A stretch of 51,323 nt of DNA from a virus. Its lineage: Duplodnaviria; Caudoviricetes. Shown here one piece after another: positions 27,431 to 34,391 of this stretch (position 1 is the stretch's first letter; the number at the start of each line of letters is the position of its first letter). The notes under the pieces were generated by a model. The model was given only the letters and a program-made list of their open reading frames with translations. It was not told the DNA's origin and did not search any database. Location of the stretch: the IMG/VR virus record IMGVR_UViG_3300022542_000213, positions 1-51,323 of that record, one strand, 5' to 3'. Made by a program: the position numbers and the translations under genes.

Positions 27431-28150
27431 TTATTCAAAAAAATTAGCTATTAATTTATAATCCTTTAATTCCTCTGGATGCCATTGAATAGCTAACACA
27501 GGAGAACCCCTAAAACTTTTAATGTTAAATGCTTCCACTACTGAATCGTCTACTCCGACCCCGAATCCTGTAGATCCACATATTTTAAAGTTATCATTTC
27601 TTTTGTTAAACTTCTTGACGCTACCCTTTAGAATAACAGACTGATGGTGTATAGAGTTTACAAACATTCTATTATACTTATCTTTATTGTTATACAATAA
27701 TTCTGATATTATGTTTATACCATGTGTTGTAGCATCTCTTTCTGCTTTCAATTCTTTGGGGGCGTTATGTTTCTTAATATCTTGTCTATATTCAAGACTA
27801 TCGGCATTATTCTCATTCATATATTCCCTAAATAAGAGTTGAAATCCTCTACATATCCCAAAAATAGGTTTCTTAACGTCTGTAAATGCTTTTATAACAT
27901 CTCTCTCAAAATCATCTCTATCTTGGTTACAAATATTAGATGCAATATTATTATATCCATAGAAAGTGGGATCAACATCAATACCTCCAGCTAACATTAA
28001 ACCATCACAAGCTTTAGTTATATCTTCATAATCAGAGTTTGGATAAACCAAAACTGGCATCATTCCAGCCCCGAGTACATAATCAACATATACTCTGTTT
28101 ATGTACATCTGTTTTTTATTAAATGGTATTGGTATTGCTATTATTTTCAT
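27431..28150 (-). CDS. Peptidase C26 / PuuD-like gamma-glutamyl hydrolase (class I GATase fold)
   Basis: GGIDVDP..YG, RDDFE, PIFGICRGFQ, VNSIHHQ, QWHPE. Confidence 0.92.
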   Translation of the reverse strand: MKIIAIPIPFNKKQMYINRVYVDYVLGAGMMPVLVYPNSDYEDITKACDGLMLAGGIDVDPTFYGYNNIASNICNQDRDDFERDVIKAFTDVKKPIFGICRGFQLLFREYMNENNADSLEYRQDIKKHNAPKELKAERDATTHGINIISELLYNNKDKYNRMFVNSIHHQSVILKGSVKKFNKRNDNFKICGSTGFGVGVDDSVVEAFNIKSFRGSPVLAIQWHPEELKDYKLIANFFE

Positions 28151-28153
28151 AAG

Positions 28154-28327
28154 CTAAAATTCTATATCTAAATCATCCTCTAAATCCTCAAAAGGATCTG
28201 TACCATTGACAATATTCATATCAATCATAACCTCGTCAACTTTATCCTGTGCTTCACTAACATCCCCATGTTCGTTAGAAAAGTCATTTAAAAGACTCTC
28301 TAGTTGTTTTAATTTTGATAATTCCAT
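28154..28327 (-). CDS. 57-aa highly acidic protein (not in ORF track)
   Basis: MELSKLKQLESLLNDFSNEHGDVSEAQDKVDEVMIDMNIVNGTDPFEDLEDDLDIEF*, first ORF after the promoter. Confidence 0.65.
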   Translation of the reverse strand: MELSKLKQLESLLNDFSNEHGDVSEAQDKVDEVMIDMNIVNGTDPFEDLEDDLDIEF

Positions 28328-28356
28328 GTTTGTTGTATTACTTTATTAATAATTAT

Positions 28357-28401
28357 ATATTATACTATCTAAAATATATGTCAAGTAAATTCTGTGGATA
28401 A
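28357..28401 (-). promoter_or_regulatory. Promoter with perfect DnaA box upstream
   Basis: TTATCCACA-8 nt-TTGACA-16 nt-TAATAT. Confidence 0.65.
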
Positions 28402-28511
28402 GTCCAAATTTAATCAGTTACAGGGAATTTATCTAAGTTTGTCAAGCGACAAACTCGTCTATCTTTGTCAACCCTCCAACTTGATCCTCTCTATCTTATT
28501 ATTATTTTAGT

Positions 28512-28856
28512 TTATAAAGTCTCCAAGTAGGTTTCTATTGAACCTCCTTCTTGTAGGTGTGGCATTAAGCCGTTCATTTTCTTTTTCCAACCTTGAATAA
28601 TACATTCTTTACAATTTCCTGTATGAGCGAAGCCTTGTTGAAATTTAAAAGAACATTCTTCTACCCATTTTTCTGTTTTTCCAACTGCTTCCCAAGAGTT
28701 TTTGTCTAGGAGGATTGTTTCTATTGGAGTTGTTAATTCGTGCATTCCATTTCTACTAAGAGTTACATGTTGAGATTTCTCACTGTAATATTCCAATTTA
28801 ATTCCTTTTCTCCACCCCCCCTCTATTGCTTTTTCAATATATTCTTTTGGTTTCAT
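28512..28856 (-). CDS. Hypothetical protein
   Basis: 114-aa ORF (IEKAIEGGW...ILLD...WEAVGK). Confidence 0.65.
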   Translation of the reverse strand: MKPKEYIEKAIEGGWRKGIKLEYYSEKSQHVTLSRNGMHELTTPIETILLDKNSWEAVGKTEKWVEECSFKFQQGFAHTGNCKECIIQGWKKKMNGLMPHLQEGGSIETYLETL

Positions 28857-28857
28857 G

Positions 28858-29133
28858 TTATTTGTTTTTTATTTTGGTTATTAAATCGTATAACGCTGTA
28901 TTGTAGATACTTCTCCATTCATCATTTTTCTTGACAGACCCTAAAAGTTTTCTTGTCATTCCTTCAGCCATCTCAACTATTTCCTCCCTCTCTTTATCTT
29001 TGACTTTTTGGAGGGAGGTTTTAATTTGTTTACGATGACAAGTACACCAAATCCTTTTGCCATTTTCACATTGGCAAACTTTACAACATTCCATCTTCAT
29101 TAGCTCCTCAACTATTTTATCTATTGTGTTCAT
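28858..29133 (-). CDS. Hypothetical protein
   Basis: 91-aa ORF, Cys cluster and YNTAL.D C-terminal motif. Confidence 0.6.
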   Translation of the reverse strand: MNTIDKIVEELMKMECCKVCQCENGKRIWCTCHRKQIKTSLQKVKDKEREEIVEMAEGMTRKLLGSVKKNDEWRSIYNTALYDLITKIKNK

Positions 29134-29164
29134 AGTGTTTTATTATTTATAATTTAGTTATAAC

Positions 29165-29188
29165 AAAAGGGGATGTTCAGTCCCCTTT
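29165..29188 (-). terminator. Intrinsic terminator of the microprotein operon
   Basis: AAAGGGGA-ctgaaca-TCCCCTTTT. Confidence 0.7.
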
Positions 29189-29198
29189 GATTTATAAT

Positions 29199-29396
29199 TC
29201 AACTTTTTTTCCTCCCTCTTGCTTTTTCAAGACAATAATTACAGAGTCCATGAGAAACAAGTAAAAGTTTGTTTGTGCGAATTTTACACTTTTGCCAGAA
29301 AGGTATATCACAAAGATCTCTAAAACAAGTTCTTTGAAAACCATCAGGCTCTGTGCAACCGAGTAACTTACCACAAAGACACTTTCTAAGTAGCAT
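29199..29396 (-). CDS. Cys-rich microprotein with SHGLCNYC motif
   Basis: AGGAGG SD, TAATG overlap with the upstream gene, 8 Cys. Confidence 0.7.
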   Translation of the reverse strand: MLLRKCLCGKLLGCTEPDGFQRTCFRDLCDIPFWQKCKIRTNKLLLVSHGLCNYCLEKARGRKKS

Positions 29397-29578
29397 TAGT
29401 TTACCCTCCTCTCAGACATTTCTATTTCTCTGAGATAAGTTTTAAAACATTCCACAGCATCTGGGCTTGTTGAGAATTTGATAAGAAAGTTCAAACAAAT
29501 CTTTGCTCCCTCTAAATCTTTCCCAAATAAATCAAAACCCATAACCAAACTTAATCCTTCTTGATAATGAATCTGCAT
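29396..29578 (-). CDS. 60-aa microprotein
   Basis: AGGAG SD 8 nt before ATG, coupled to neighbours. Confidence 0.65.
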   Translation of the reverse strand: MQIHYQEGLSLVMGFDLFGKDLEGAKICLNFLIKFSTSPDAVECFKTYLREIEMSERRVN

Positions 29579-29579
29579 T

Positions 29580-29726
29580 TTATCTACTCCTTTTTCTGAT
29601 AGGCTTTTTCCTTCTCCTTGTTTTAAGGTTAGGACAGCCTTGTTTAGAGCAATACCTCCTTATCTTTTGCATTGATGGTTTTTTACCACGAACACAATAA
29701 TAGAATAAACTCCTTTTAATTTCCAT
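29580..29726 (-). CDS. 48-aa basic Cys-containing microprotein
   Basis: GGAGGTG SD before ATG 29726 (MEIKRSLFYYC...). Confidence 0.65.
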   Translation of the reverse strand: MEIKRSLFYYCVRGKKPSMQKIRRYCSKQGCPNLKTRRRKKPIRKRSR

Positions 29727-29901
29727 TAGACACCTCCAAAAAACAGCAGAAACAATAAAAAGGATAGGCTTTTTGAGTTTCTTTTCTTTCACAAAGTTTA
29801 TTACAGTCGTCATCACAGAATTGAATCAATCCCATAATTTGACAACCATATCTTATCTTACATTTAATACAATGTTTGATATGATCTCCTTGCTTTCTCA
29901 T
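29716..29901 (-). CDS. Cys-rich microprotein (61 aa)
   Basis: AGGAGGT SD, 9 Cys, boxA-like TGTTCTTTAA upstream. Confidence 0.7.
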   Translation of the reverse strand: MRKQGDHIKHCIKCKIRYGCQIMGLIQFCDDDCNKLCERKETQKAYPFYCFCCFLEVSNGN

Positions 29902-29952
29902 TAAGACCTCCTATATAGTTGAATTATTAAAGAACATTCTTGCTTAATATTA

Positions 29953-30185
29953 AAAACAAGATATAATGGGTTCTAGTACAAGAATTGTTAAAGCAATTAC
30001 TGACTGACTACCAGAGCATCTAGTTACCACAACTGGTTTGCTAGAAGGTGTTTTTGAGTAGAGATAAGTACCTCACGCTGATTGTTATAGTCAACTGACA
30101 TCAATCTTGTTTCTCTTTCCCATCACTCTTGACAAACGGATCATAGACTTTGACCATAGTACCGATGCCCACTATATCTTATTTT
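29953..30185 (-). ncRNA. Candidate structured RNA/leader (~235 nt)
   Basis: 18-bp closing stem AAAAUAAGAUAUAGUGGG/CCCAUUAUAUCUUGUUUU with G-U pairs on the minus strand; several internal hairpins. Confidence 0.65.
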
Positions 30186-30266
30186 CAAATGACTTTTTAC
30201 TAATAAACTTGTCGGAGGGTATTTACATCAAAGTAACGTACCCTCAAACAAATCTACTATACCCCT

Positions 30267-30305
30267 ATATTAATCTATTGTATTACAGTTGTCAAGTGTT
30301 GATAA
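30267..30305 (-). promoter_or_regulatory. Promoter with adjacent DnaA-box variant
   Basis: TTATCAACA-1 nt-TTGACA-17 nt-TAATAT. Confidence 0.65.
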
Positions 30306-30326
30306 CCCCCATAACATAGATATAGA

Positions 30327-30438
30327 AAAAGAGCAACCCCCGACCATGATTGCCCCTTTTCCCAATGGTAAACCTTGAGTTCCCCATTCCTTTAAATTAT
30401 TAGTATGTATATATTATATTATTTATATTTAAAGTCAA
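30327..30438 (-). ncRNA. Candidate ~80-nt sRNA with own promoter and terminator
   Basis: TTGACT-16-TAATAT (30411-30438), hairpin AAUGGGGAAC/GUUUACCAUU, terminator GGGGCAAUC/GGUUGCUCUUUUU. Confidence 0.45.
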
Positions 30439-30569
30439 GTATATATATAGTCATGGTATAAATAATTTGCGTTGTCTAGTTATTGTATAAAAATCCAGTC
30501 TGCGTTCGTTAATATTTAATAAGTATGTTCTCTTATGACTTTGATTTTAAGATATAGTTTTCTTGTAGG

Positions 30570-30653
30570 GGTATCAAACTACCTGTTTGTTATTTCCATT
30601 CGTTACAGGCGATTCTGTGAAAAACTACCCTTAAAATATGGCTCAACATAGCC
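30570..30653 (+). repeat. Composite palindromic site, copy B
   Basis: Same architecture and near-identical spacing as 9488-9572. Confidence 0.7.
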
Positions 30654-30711
30654 CTTTGTAAATGTCTTATTTTCGTATAGACAACAAAAAAAGATTAGTT
30701 TTTTTCACAAC

Positions 30712-30746
30712 AAAAAAACCACACCGTCCGTTAGTGTAGCTTTTGT
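30712..30746 (-). terminator. Intrinsic terminator
   Basis: GCTACAC-loop-GTGTGGT followed by T run. Confidence 0.7.
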
Positions 30747-30792
30747 TTGCACTTTGTCTTTTGACGGTGCTTTATTATTCGCTTTTATTTTC

Positions 30793-30912
30793 TTAAATAC
30801 ATCTTTTACATTTAGTACATCTATATCCCCAAACTTCTTTTTTAGGGTTTCCGAAGAGTTCCATTTCTAAATGTTCGCATTTCTTCTTTTTTTCTTTTTT
30901 CTTCATAAGCAT
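30793..30912 (-). CDS. 39-aa basic zinc-ribbon microprotein
   Basis: MLMKKKEKKKKCEH...YRCTKCKRCI*, TAATG overlap with upstream gene. Confidence 0.55.
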   Translation of the reverse strand: MLMKKKEKKKKCEHLEMELFGNPKKEVWGYRCTKCKRCI

Positions 30913-31199
30913 TAGTTTAGATTAGCAAGTTCATACTTGCCACTATTAATCTTCTTTTGTGTTTCCTTTTTGTCTTCTCCTAAAAATATATTTCTATATT
31001 TACCAGTAGTAGTAGAATAATCCCATTTATTTTCATCTAGTATTATTGCTTCGGGGTATCCGTCAAGATCATTTTCAATTATGGCAATTATACTATCATA
31101 ACTTTGAAAGTATGTTGTATCACCAACTTTAATAATAAACTGATTGACTACTTCTTTACCACTAGGGCTAGTCATATTCATAACTTTTACTTTTAACAT
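30912..31199 (-). CDS. Conserved-looking phage early protein of unknown function
   Basis: NQFII...FQSYDSIIA...WDYSTTTGKYRNIFLG pattern familiar from phage early proteins. Confidence 0.7.
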   Translation of the reverse strand: MLKVKVMNMTSPSGKEVVNQFIIKVGDTTYFQSYDSIIAIIENDLDGYPEAIILDENKWDYSTTTGKYRNIFLGEDKKETQKKINSGKYELANLN

Positions 31200-31257
31200 A
31201 ATATTTAATTATTTAATTTTCAATGTACGGACTAAACAATCGCTTGCTTATACTCTT

Positions 31258-31346
31258 ATTATAGTATACAATGGTTCTATTTCAATGAATATTGGGGATA
31301 AGTTATCAACAGTTATGCTTGACAATATTATTTGACATTGTATTAT
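31258..31346. promoter_or_regulatory. Divergent promoters centred on back-to-back DnaA-box variants
   Basis: Minus: TTATCCCCA-7-TTGAAA-16-TATAAT; plus: TTATCAACA-7-TTGACA-16-TATTAT. Confidence 0.65.
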
Positions 31347-31371
31347 TTATATGTTGTGGCGATATTTTCTA

Positions 31372-31400
31372 TTGACAAATGATATAGAATTTGCTATACT
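31372..31400 (+). promoter_or_regulatory. Near-consensus sigma70 promoter
   Basis: TTGACA-17 nt-(TG.)TATACT. Confidence 0.85.
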
Positions 31401-31404
31401 TGTC

Positions 31405-31540
31405 ATATCGTTATTTTTAGCGAGGTTATAGGTTCGCTTCGGTGTTCCAGTAACCTCACTAAAGGTAACATATAAATGGATTATGGTAGTTATCACAGGA
31501 AAAATACTGCACTTTCTACTACAATAGTAGTATTTTTTTT
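31405..31540 (+). ncRNA. Structured leader/sRNA: long UUCG-capped hairpin plus terminator-like hairpin
   Basis: GUUAUUUUUAGCGAGGUUA/UAACCUCACUAAAGGUAAC stem, CGC-UUCG-GUG cap; UACUAC-AAUA-GUAGUA followed by U8. Confidence 0.6.
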
Positions 31541-31557
31541 GATTAAATAATAAATAA

Positions 31558-31836
31558 ATGAAAGTAATAACAACAGTAGAATATTACACAAAATCATCTC
31601 CAACTTGCCAAGAGATAGTTAGAATCTTCCCAGAAGGTACAAGCCCGACAGTTAAGGAGATAGAAGATTTATATATAAAACTATCAAAAACTGAATATAA
31701 GGACAAGGGAAAAAGAGAAAATGGATCTTTAAAATTAAAATCTAATCGTTCAACGAAGAAAAGGAGGGGGAGAAGATTTTACAAGAGATTAAGGAAACTA
31801 GGTTTTTGGGTAGCACCATCTTATCTAAATCTTTAA
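31558..31836 (+). CDS. Small basic protein, only plus-strand gene in the minus arm
   Basis: 92 aa, Arg/Lys-rich C-terminus KKRRGRRFYKRLRKLGF, downstream of a strong promoter. Confidence 0.65.
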   Translation: MKVITTVEYYTKSSPTCQEIVRIFPEGTSPTVKEIEDLYIKLSKTEYKDKGKRENGSLKLKSNRSTKKRRGRRFYKRLRKLGFWVAPSYLNL

Positions 31837-31867
31837 AAGATAAATAGAGGGTATTTAATGAATACCT

Positions 31868-32340
31868 TTTATTTTGTTTTTTAACAAACTCGTAGAAGTT
31901 AAATTATATAGGCGAGTAAAAGAACTATATAAGCAGTAGCAACGGCACAGGGATCGGATAGACTACTGAAAGTATAATAAAATAAGGGTGTGATAAATCA
32001 TGGCGACTTAAAACAGAGAATCGGAGGAAGAAACACTAACCTTTCCTTATAGAAGTATAAGGATATAATAGGGTCTATTTAATATTTATAGTTATACTTA
32101 AAATTAAGTTACTTACTTATATATAATAGTGGTATAGTATTAATAGTACTAGTGTATTATTATGTAAGAAGACAACACTAGGCTAGGGATGGATATACCA
32201 CTTATAAAAGTAAACCTAATACTAGAATTATAAACCATGGTAAAGCTACCAATAACTCTATTATCCTATCTTCTTTCCTCGATCTATTCATATTATTTAA
32301 AACTTTCTGTTAAGTACAACGAGGTACTAACAAGAATAAA
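31868..32340 (+). ncRNA. Candidate large structured RNA (~470 nt)
   Basis: Five perfectly nested long-range helices plus closing helices and local hairpins; G-U pairs favour + strand; no ORF. Confidence 0.7.
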
Positions 32341-32344
32341 GCAT

Positions 32345-32620
32345 TTATTTTAATTCTGTTCCATTAAATTTAAGCCATTTTGGGTTTTTATAAATACTTC
32401 CAATTACTATCATATTAGTAAGATTAAAACAACCACAACGATAATTATTTTCTAATGCTAGAAACCAACAATTAACATCTTTTTCCCAAGTTACAACCAT
32501 TTTAATTAGATGACGAGGGTTTTTAATATTCGGTTCATTGAAAATACATACATCACCCTCACGGATTTCAAACCCCCTACTGTCTTTTTTATTTATTTTA
32601 ACTCCTAATTTCTTCCTCAT
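32345..32620 (-). CDS. YopX-like protein
   Basis: KDSRGFEIREGDV and VIGSIYKNP match YopX C-terminal motifs. Confidence 0.7.
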   Translation of the reverse strand: MRKKLGVKINKKDSRGFEIREGDVCIFNEPNIKNPRHLIKMVVTWEKDVNCWFLALENNYRCGCFNLTNMIVIGSIYKNPKWLKFNGTELK

Positions 32621-32630
32621 TATAATATAT

Positions 32631-32753
32631 TTAACTTAATAATATAGTCAATGTTATAATTAGCATAGATATAAATATATATACCATAAACATTAACCAC
32701 TTTTTAAAAGCATTTATCCACTCTTCCTTTGTAAACCATAGAAATTTATCCAT
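32631..32753 (-). CDS. 40-aa membrane microprotein
   Basis: MDKFLWFTKEEWINAFKKWLMFMVYIFISMLIITLTILLS*. Confidence 0.5.
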   Translation of the reverse strand: MDKFLWFTKEEWINAFKKWLMFMVYIFISMLIITLTILLS

Positions 32754-32823
32754 AATAATTAATTATATAGGATTATCCAAACTATTGCCTAAATAACCCT
32801 AATATTTAACTATCTATACTTAA

Positions 32824-33339
32824 CTATTTAACATTAAATATAACTTTTAAATCTTTCTCACAGTTATCTATTACTTTTTGTGCGTCTGTTTCTGATTTAA
32901 AGTAGAAATTGCTATCATAATTTGACCAATTCCAAGAAACATAATTAAAACTTTCATCACTCTGATCATAATAGATATTAAATTTCTGCTCTGTATTATT
33001 CCAATCTGGCACAAACTCCAAATCATTCTCCCAAATAAACTTCTTTATTCTTTGTAGAGCAGACCGTCTTTTTTGCTCAATTTTTGCTTCTGTATCACTG
33101 AAGAAAACATTACCACCATTTAGCCGAGTTGTATCTGTTATTGAATCTTCCCATAAATCACTACATCTTAAATTCTCATTATCAAGGTAGTAGTATACAT
33201 CATCATAAGACGGTTGAAACGCCCCCTTAATAAATTTACTCTTAAACTCTTTAACTGTTTCTTCTGATAGGGCAACTTTTTTACCCTCTATCATAATGTA
33301 GTTGTTGTCTTTCATAATTAAACTTGTTAAATGTTGCAA
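32824..33339 (-). CDS. Hypothetical phage protein
   Basis: GNVFFS..EA, FVPDW....KFNIYY, YFKSE..A pattern; start probably the internal Met (MKDNN). Confidence 0.65.
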   Translation of the reverse strand: MQHLTSLIMKDNNYIMIEGKKVALSEETVKEFKSKFIKGAFQPSYDDVYYYLDNENLRCSDLWEDSITDTTRLNGGNVFFSDTEAKIEQKRRSALQRIKKFIWENDLEFVPDWNNTEQKFNIYYDQSDESFNYVSWNWSNYDSNFYFKSETDAQKVIDNCEKDLKVIFNVK

Positions 33340-33352
33340 CGACTTTAGTCGT

Positions 33353-33721
33353 TTAAATAAACATTATCTTAATAATAGTTAGTGATAGTGTTAGAATTAC
33401 ACCCCAACAAAAACCACCCCATGCACTTGTTTTTGATCCCTCTAAATAGTAACCGATAGGATCTCCAAAATCATTAACTTTAAAATCAATTATTGGATAG
33501 GTTCTATTTCTAATTCCCATACTGTGAACAGAAGTCAACATCTCTCTATATTTAGTTGATATTTTCTTGTGTTTATTACAAAAATACTCGTGCCTAACAA
33601 AATCACCTTTGAAATCAACAATCTCTATTCTTGTACTAGAACTTTTATCTATAATAGAGCAACAGTCTTGACACTTAATTAAATCTAAATGACCTCTTTC
33701 TTTGTATGATATATTCTCCAT
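33353..33721 (-). CDS. Hypothetical protein with Zn-binding motif and C-terminal TM
   Basis: CQDC...CNKH; hydrophobic C-terminus. Confidence 0.6.
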   Translation of the reverse strand: MENISYKERGHLDLIKCQDCCSIIDKSSSTRIEIVDFKGDFVRHEYFCNKHKKISTKYREMLTSVHSMGIRNRTYPIIDFKVNDFGDPIGYYLEGSKTSAWGGFCWGVILTLSLTIIKIMFI

Positions 33722-33760
33722 GTTTTTATTTATATTTATCTTTAATAATCTCTCCGACCT

Positions 33761-33919
33761 TTAACGATAATGTTTATAACATTTACAGCAATACAAACCC
33801 GTTTCTTCTTTATTTATTACTAGATGATGTTTACAATAATCAATGTTAGGTATAAAATGGGGGCAATATAAACAAACTCGCCCATTCTTTCTTTCTTTAT
33901 ATATATGGTTACACTTCAT
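33761..33919 (-). CDS. 52-aa tandem zinc-finger microprotein
   Basis: CNH...CLYC and CKH...CCKC repeats. Confidence 0.55.
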   Translation of the reverse strand: MKCNHIYKERKNGRVCLYCPHFIPNIDYCKHHLVINKEETGLYCCKCYKHYR

Positions 33920-34073
33920 AGCTAGGTTTTTCTAAATACATGGTAACATTCCCATCTCCTTTACATACAATATGTTTTAAACGATAACCTCTTTTTGAGT
34001 ATTTATCTAAATCTTTTTGGATGTCCTTACGGAAAAAATGCCCTATTACTTTGTATTTATATTTAATCATCAT
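33909..34073 (-). CDS. 54-aa protein (DUF4177-like), leaderless
   Basis: YKYKVI...LDKYSKRGYRL...MYLEK pattern; ATG 6 nt after the -10. Confidence 0.6.
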   Translation of the reverse strand: MMIKYKYKVIGHFFRKDIQKDLDKYSKRGYRLKHIVCKGDGNVTMYLEKPSYEV

Positions 34074-34079
34074 ACCTAT

Positions 34080-34145
34080 ATATTAACAAACCCCTTGACT
34101 TTGTCAAATCAACAACTGGGGATAACTCTGTTAGTATGTGGATAA
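34080..34145 (-). promoter_or_regulatory. Promoter with two tandem DnaA boxes
   Basis: TTATCCACA-11-TTATCCCCA-9-TTGACA-16-TAATAT. Confidence 0.65.
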
Positions 34146-34182
34146 CAAAAAGGGGCAGAATAATTAAATTAAACCGCCCCTT
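34146..34182 (-). terminator. Intrinsic terminator
   Basis: AAGGGGCG-loop-TGCCCCTTTTT. Confidence 0.6.
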
Positions 34183-34208
34183 AACTTTGTTACCTAAGTA
34201 ACACCCCT

Positions 34209-34391
34209 TTATACAACAACCTCCATATTTAATGTTTGTGTTAAATGCCTATAAAGGCTAGAATAACAATCACTTTGCAGAACTTTATTACCATTGACAA
34301 CTGGTATAGACCTGCTATCAACTGCGACAAACTTCTTTTGATCATTTAAGCCTTTGATTATCTTAACATTCCCTTGATTATTTAATGTCAT
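34209..34391 (-). CDS. 60-aa SD-led hypothetical protein
   Basis: AAGGGGG SD and GTTCTTTAA boxA-like motif upstream. Confidence 0.6.
   Translation of the reverse strand: MTLNNQGNVKIIKGLNDQKKFVAVDSRSIPVVNGNKVLQSDCYSSLYRHLTQTLNMEVVV

Noticed and set aside
24310-30180. AUAGUCC (near 24325) and AAGAUAUAGU (near 30175) resembling group I intron S elements
   Set aside because: Both are buried in simple stems, no matching R element or interrupted gene found
29953-30185. Retron msr-msd or DGR interpretation of the RNAs with long terminal inverted repeats
   Set aside because: No reverse transcriptase (YxDD-type) gene and no TR/VR pair seen in the window
30107-30319. 70-aa plus-strand track ORF
   Set aside because: TTG start, no support, overlaps the minus-strand promoter and structured RNA
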